A DNA stretch of 64,000 bases from Candidatus Bathyarchaeota archaeon (GTDB lineage: Archaea > Thermoproteota > Bathyarchaeia > 40CM-2-53-6): the NCBI GenBank assembly GCA_005888735.1, contig VBBN01000035.1:75671-139670 (forward strand). Reading direction: 5' to 3'. A program made the translations under genes and the position numbers. The notes beneath the pieces were generated by a model that was not told the origin of the DNA, searched no databases, and saw only the letters and a list, made by a program, of their open reading frames with translations. Shown in pieces: positions 60,153 to 64,000 of the stretch. How positions within the stretch are numbered: the first letter of the stretch is position 1; each line of letters opens with the position of its first letter.

Positions 60153-60758
60153 TTAGGACAATTGGAGGGATTCTTCTTTGATTCCCTGTTCAGTGATGAC
60201 CATCAAGTCCACACCGTCCCCGCTGGATATGTCTCTGGCCATTGCAGATTTTACAGCCCTAAGGAGCACAGGCTTTGCTTCGTCAACAGACAATCCTTCA
60301 TCGTATTCTGATTCCAGAACACCTATCGCGATTGGGGCCCCTGTTCCTACTGCCGCGTACTTGTCCGAGAGAATAGACCCTATAGGGTCTAACACGTAGA
60401 GCTCGGGTTTTCCGTCGCTCGTACCAGCGATAATCGCCTCGGCAAGGTAGGGAAACATGCGACGGCTAGAGAGCAGATTGGCGATGAGCTTGGCCGTGTT
60501 CTTCACAGTCCCCGGCCTATCCCTTTCGTACTAGTAGATTTTCATGTAGGCCCGAGCTTCCCTGGTCAGGACCTGCATATCACCCACAATGCCCGCGCAG
60601 GCGACGCCAATGTTGTCCGTAATACTGAAGACCTTCTTCGCGCCCTTACTCATGATGAAGGTCCCATACGCATACCGACGTTCAGAGGCCAGTAGAACTC
60701 CATCTTTGGAAACCATGCCAATTGTAGTCGCATCTGGCATGAAGCGCTCTTCACTCAT
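60153..60758 (-). CDS. psmB: Proteasome beta subunit (non-catalytic type) with internal in-frame TAG at 60531-60533
   Basis: Track ORFs 60531..60758 and 60153..60506 are in the same frame: ATTIG..KDGVLLASERR...GIVGDMQ...YMKIY*YERDRP...LDPIGS...AVGTGA...ARDISSGDG. Could be a pseudogene, readthrough or a sequencing error. Confidence 0.85.
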
Positions 60759-61041
60759 AAGAAAGGACGGCGGGAACCCACCCCGTCCTGCTTTAAAGAT
60801 AGCGACGCGTGCAAGTCGGGTGGGCAGGAAGGATTCTCGAATACTTGGCTCTCAATTTCGTGCTACGAACTCAAACAAGTGCTAGACTTGCGAAGCCTGC
60901 GCATTCTTGTCTTGGTCGTTTCCTCGAACAAGAGTAATCTGTGTGTGGAAGAGACGAAGAGACGAAGGTTAGTTGCATAGTTGGGAGTCCGACCTCTGGA
61001 CAAATCATCAACCTCGCACATAAAGCTGCTTTCAAGCCCTC

Positions 61042-61380
61042 ATGAGTGGTAAGTTCAAGATAGCGCAAAGGATGGAGGAAACTGGATGTCGAAATGTCCT
61101 TTTGAACATGACAGAAGGATCGGGACGAAAGTTGGTAAAGGTACGAGTCGCGTTGCGATCACAATCGGGGCTCACAATGAACGCTGTACGTGTGACTGTG
61201 AATGGTGTGCTAATAGGAAGAAAAGATTCCCGGTCGGAGGATTTCACTTACGCAACTGAGCCCGTTGCTCTCATCGGCGAAGGGGCACCGGAAACACCTC
61301 TGCCATCTTCAGTAGCTTCCGAAACCTTCTTCATTCAGGATTTTCCTCTGGCCCTACGAGAACCCCTCGACCAAGCCTAA
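61042..61380 (+). CDS. Hypothetical protein, possibly the 3' part of a frameshifted gene starting near 60880
   Basis: 112-aa ORF; upstream protein-like fragments in other frames and an 8-nt tandem duplication (GAAGAGAC twice) near 60948-60963. Confidence 0.3.
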   Translation: MSGKFKIAQRMEETGCRNVLLNMTEGSGRKLVKVRVALRSQSGLTMNAVRVTVNGVLIGRKDSRSEDFTYATEPVALIGEGAPETPLPSSVASETFFIQDFPLALREPLDQA

Positions 61381-61778
61381 ATGTACAACTCCAGGTTCTT
61401 GCATTTCGTCCCCGATCACCTAAAACAGGAGCGAAACGTGCCACGGGTCAAATAGTACTGACTCATTCTTCAAACCTCTGGGCCTCTGCCTTTTCATAGG
61501 CAAGGTAGCCCCCAAATAGCAAGATTTCCAAAGTCGAATTGTACTATTGACCCGTTAGTACTCATTTAGGCTGTTCACCAATCTATTGTCCCCCTTATCG
61601 ACCCCTCGTTTACTGGCCATTCTGAACAGAGCAATCTCGTCTAACCTCTCCTGGCTTCCATAACAGTCATCGTTGGCGAGTTTTAATCGCCTTCCGGTTT
61701 CGAATGCCCGGGCATTTTGTTTCCCGAAGACCCGTATTCCGGCTTTGGCCTCCACCAAGCCTTGCCTGAATTCGCTCG

Positions 61779-61832
61779 CTACATGCTGCCTTTCTTTGAA
61801 GATTTCTTCTTTCCTTTCTTCTTCGTCGGCAT
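61779..61832 (-). CDS. Candidate 17-aa Lys-rich micropeptide
   Basis: MPTKKKGKKKSSKKGSM* preceded by SD-like AGGTGA with an 8-nt spacer to ATG. Confidence 0.35.
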   Translation of the reverse strand: MPTKKKGKKKSSKKGSM

Positions 61833-62021
61833 CTACTTTTTCACCTAACCCAAGTCTTTCAACCTTGCTTAAGACGCCTTCGTACTGGGAATCGTCAGTG
61901 TCGATTCTCCGGAGAAATTGGAACTATGGAGGTTGGCTCCGCTGATCAGCAAGCCGCATCCGGAACGCTGAGGTGAAATAGGACGGATGAAACACAAGGT
62001 TGGGAGTATCTGGGGCATTAA

Positions 62022-64000
<1,979 letters not shown>

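Overview
Archaeal chromosomal segment. Alba, TFB, A-type ATPase A/B/D, two Cdc48 paralogs, a proteasome beta subunit, geranylgeranyl reductase and a BHB-intron tRNA point to a TACK archaeon; Bathyarchaeia-like is my guess, not something the sequence proves. Most genes are housekeeping or metabolic. Five things stand out. (1) A tRNA-Pro(UGG) with a canonical intron and a D-loop insertion is followed by two tandem cassettes (1562 and 2077 bp) that lack an integrase. Their junctions combine a duplicated tRNA 3' end with paired 13-bp copies of the tRNA T-arm separated by 4 nt, suggesting an integron-like, tRNA-anchored cassette array. Cargo includes a Doc toxin with a micro-antitoxin candidate and a membrane-fused KNTase-like protein. 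(2) A class I terpene-synthase-like gene faces a membrane/MEDS/RecA-like sensor and a divergent TFB paralog, a possible isoprenoid signalling module. (3) A dispersed ~170-185 bp intergenic repeat has 4 clear and 2 degenerate copies. (4) Two LAGLIDADG inteins are present, one in the AtpA Walker A motif and one splitting the CxxxCxxC motif of a radical SAM enzyme. (5) There is an in-frame TAG in a proteasome beta gene, a deletion-broken ada, other pseudogenes and several microproteins missed by the ORF track. All family assignments come from motif recognition by eye; no database search was run.
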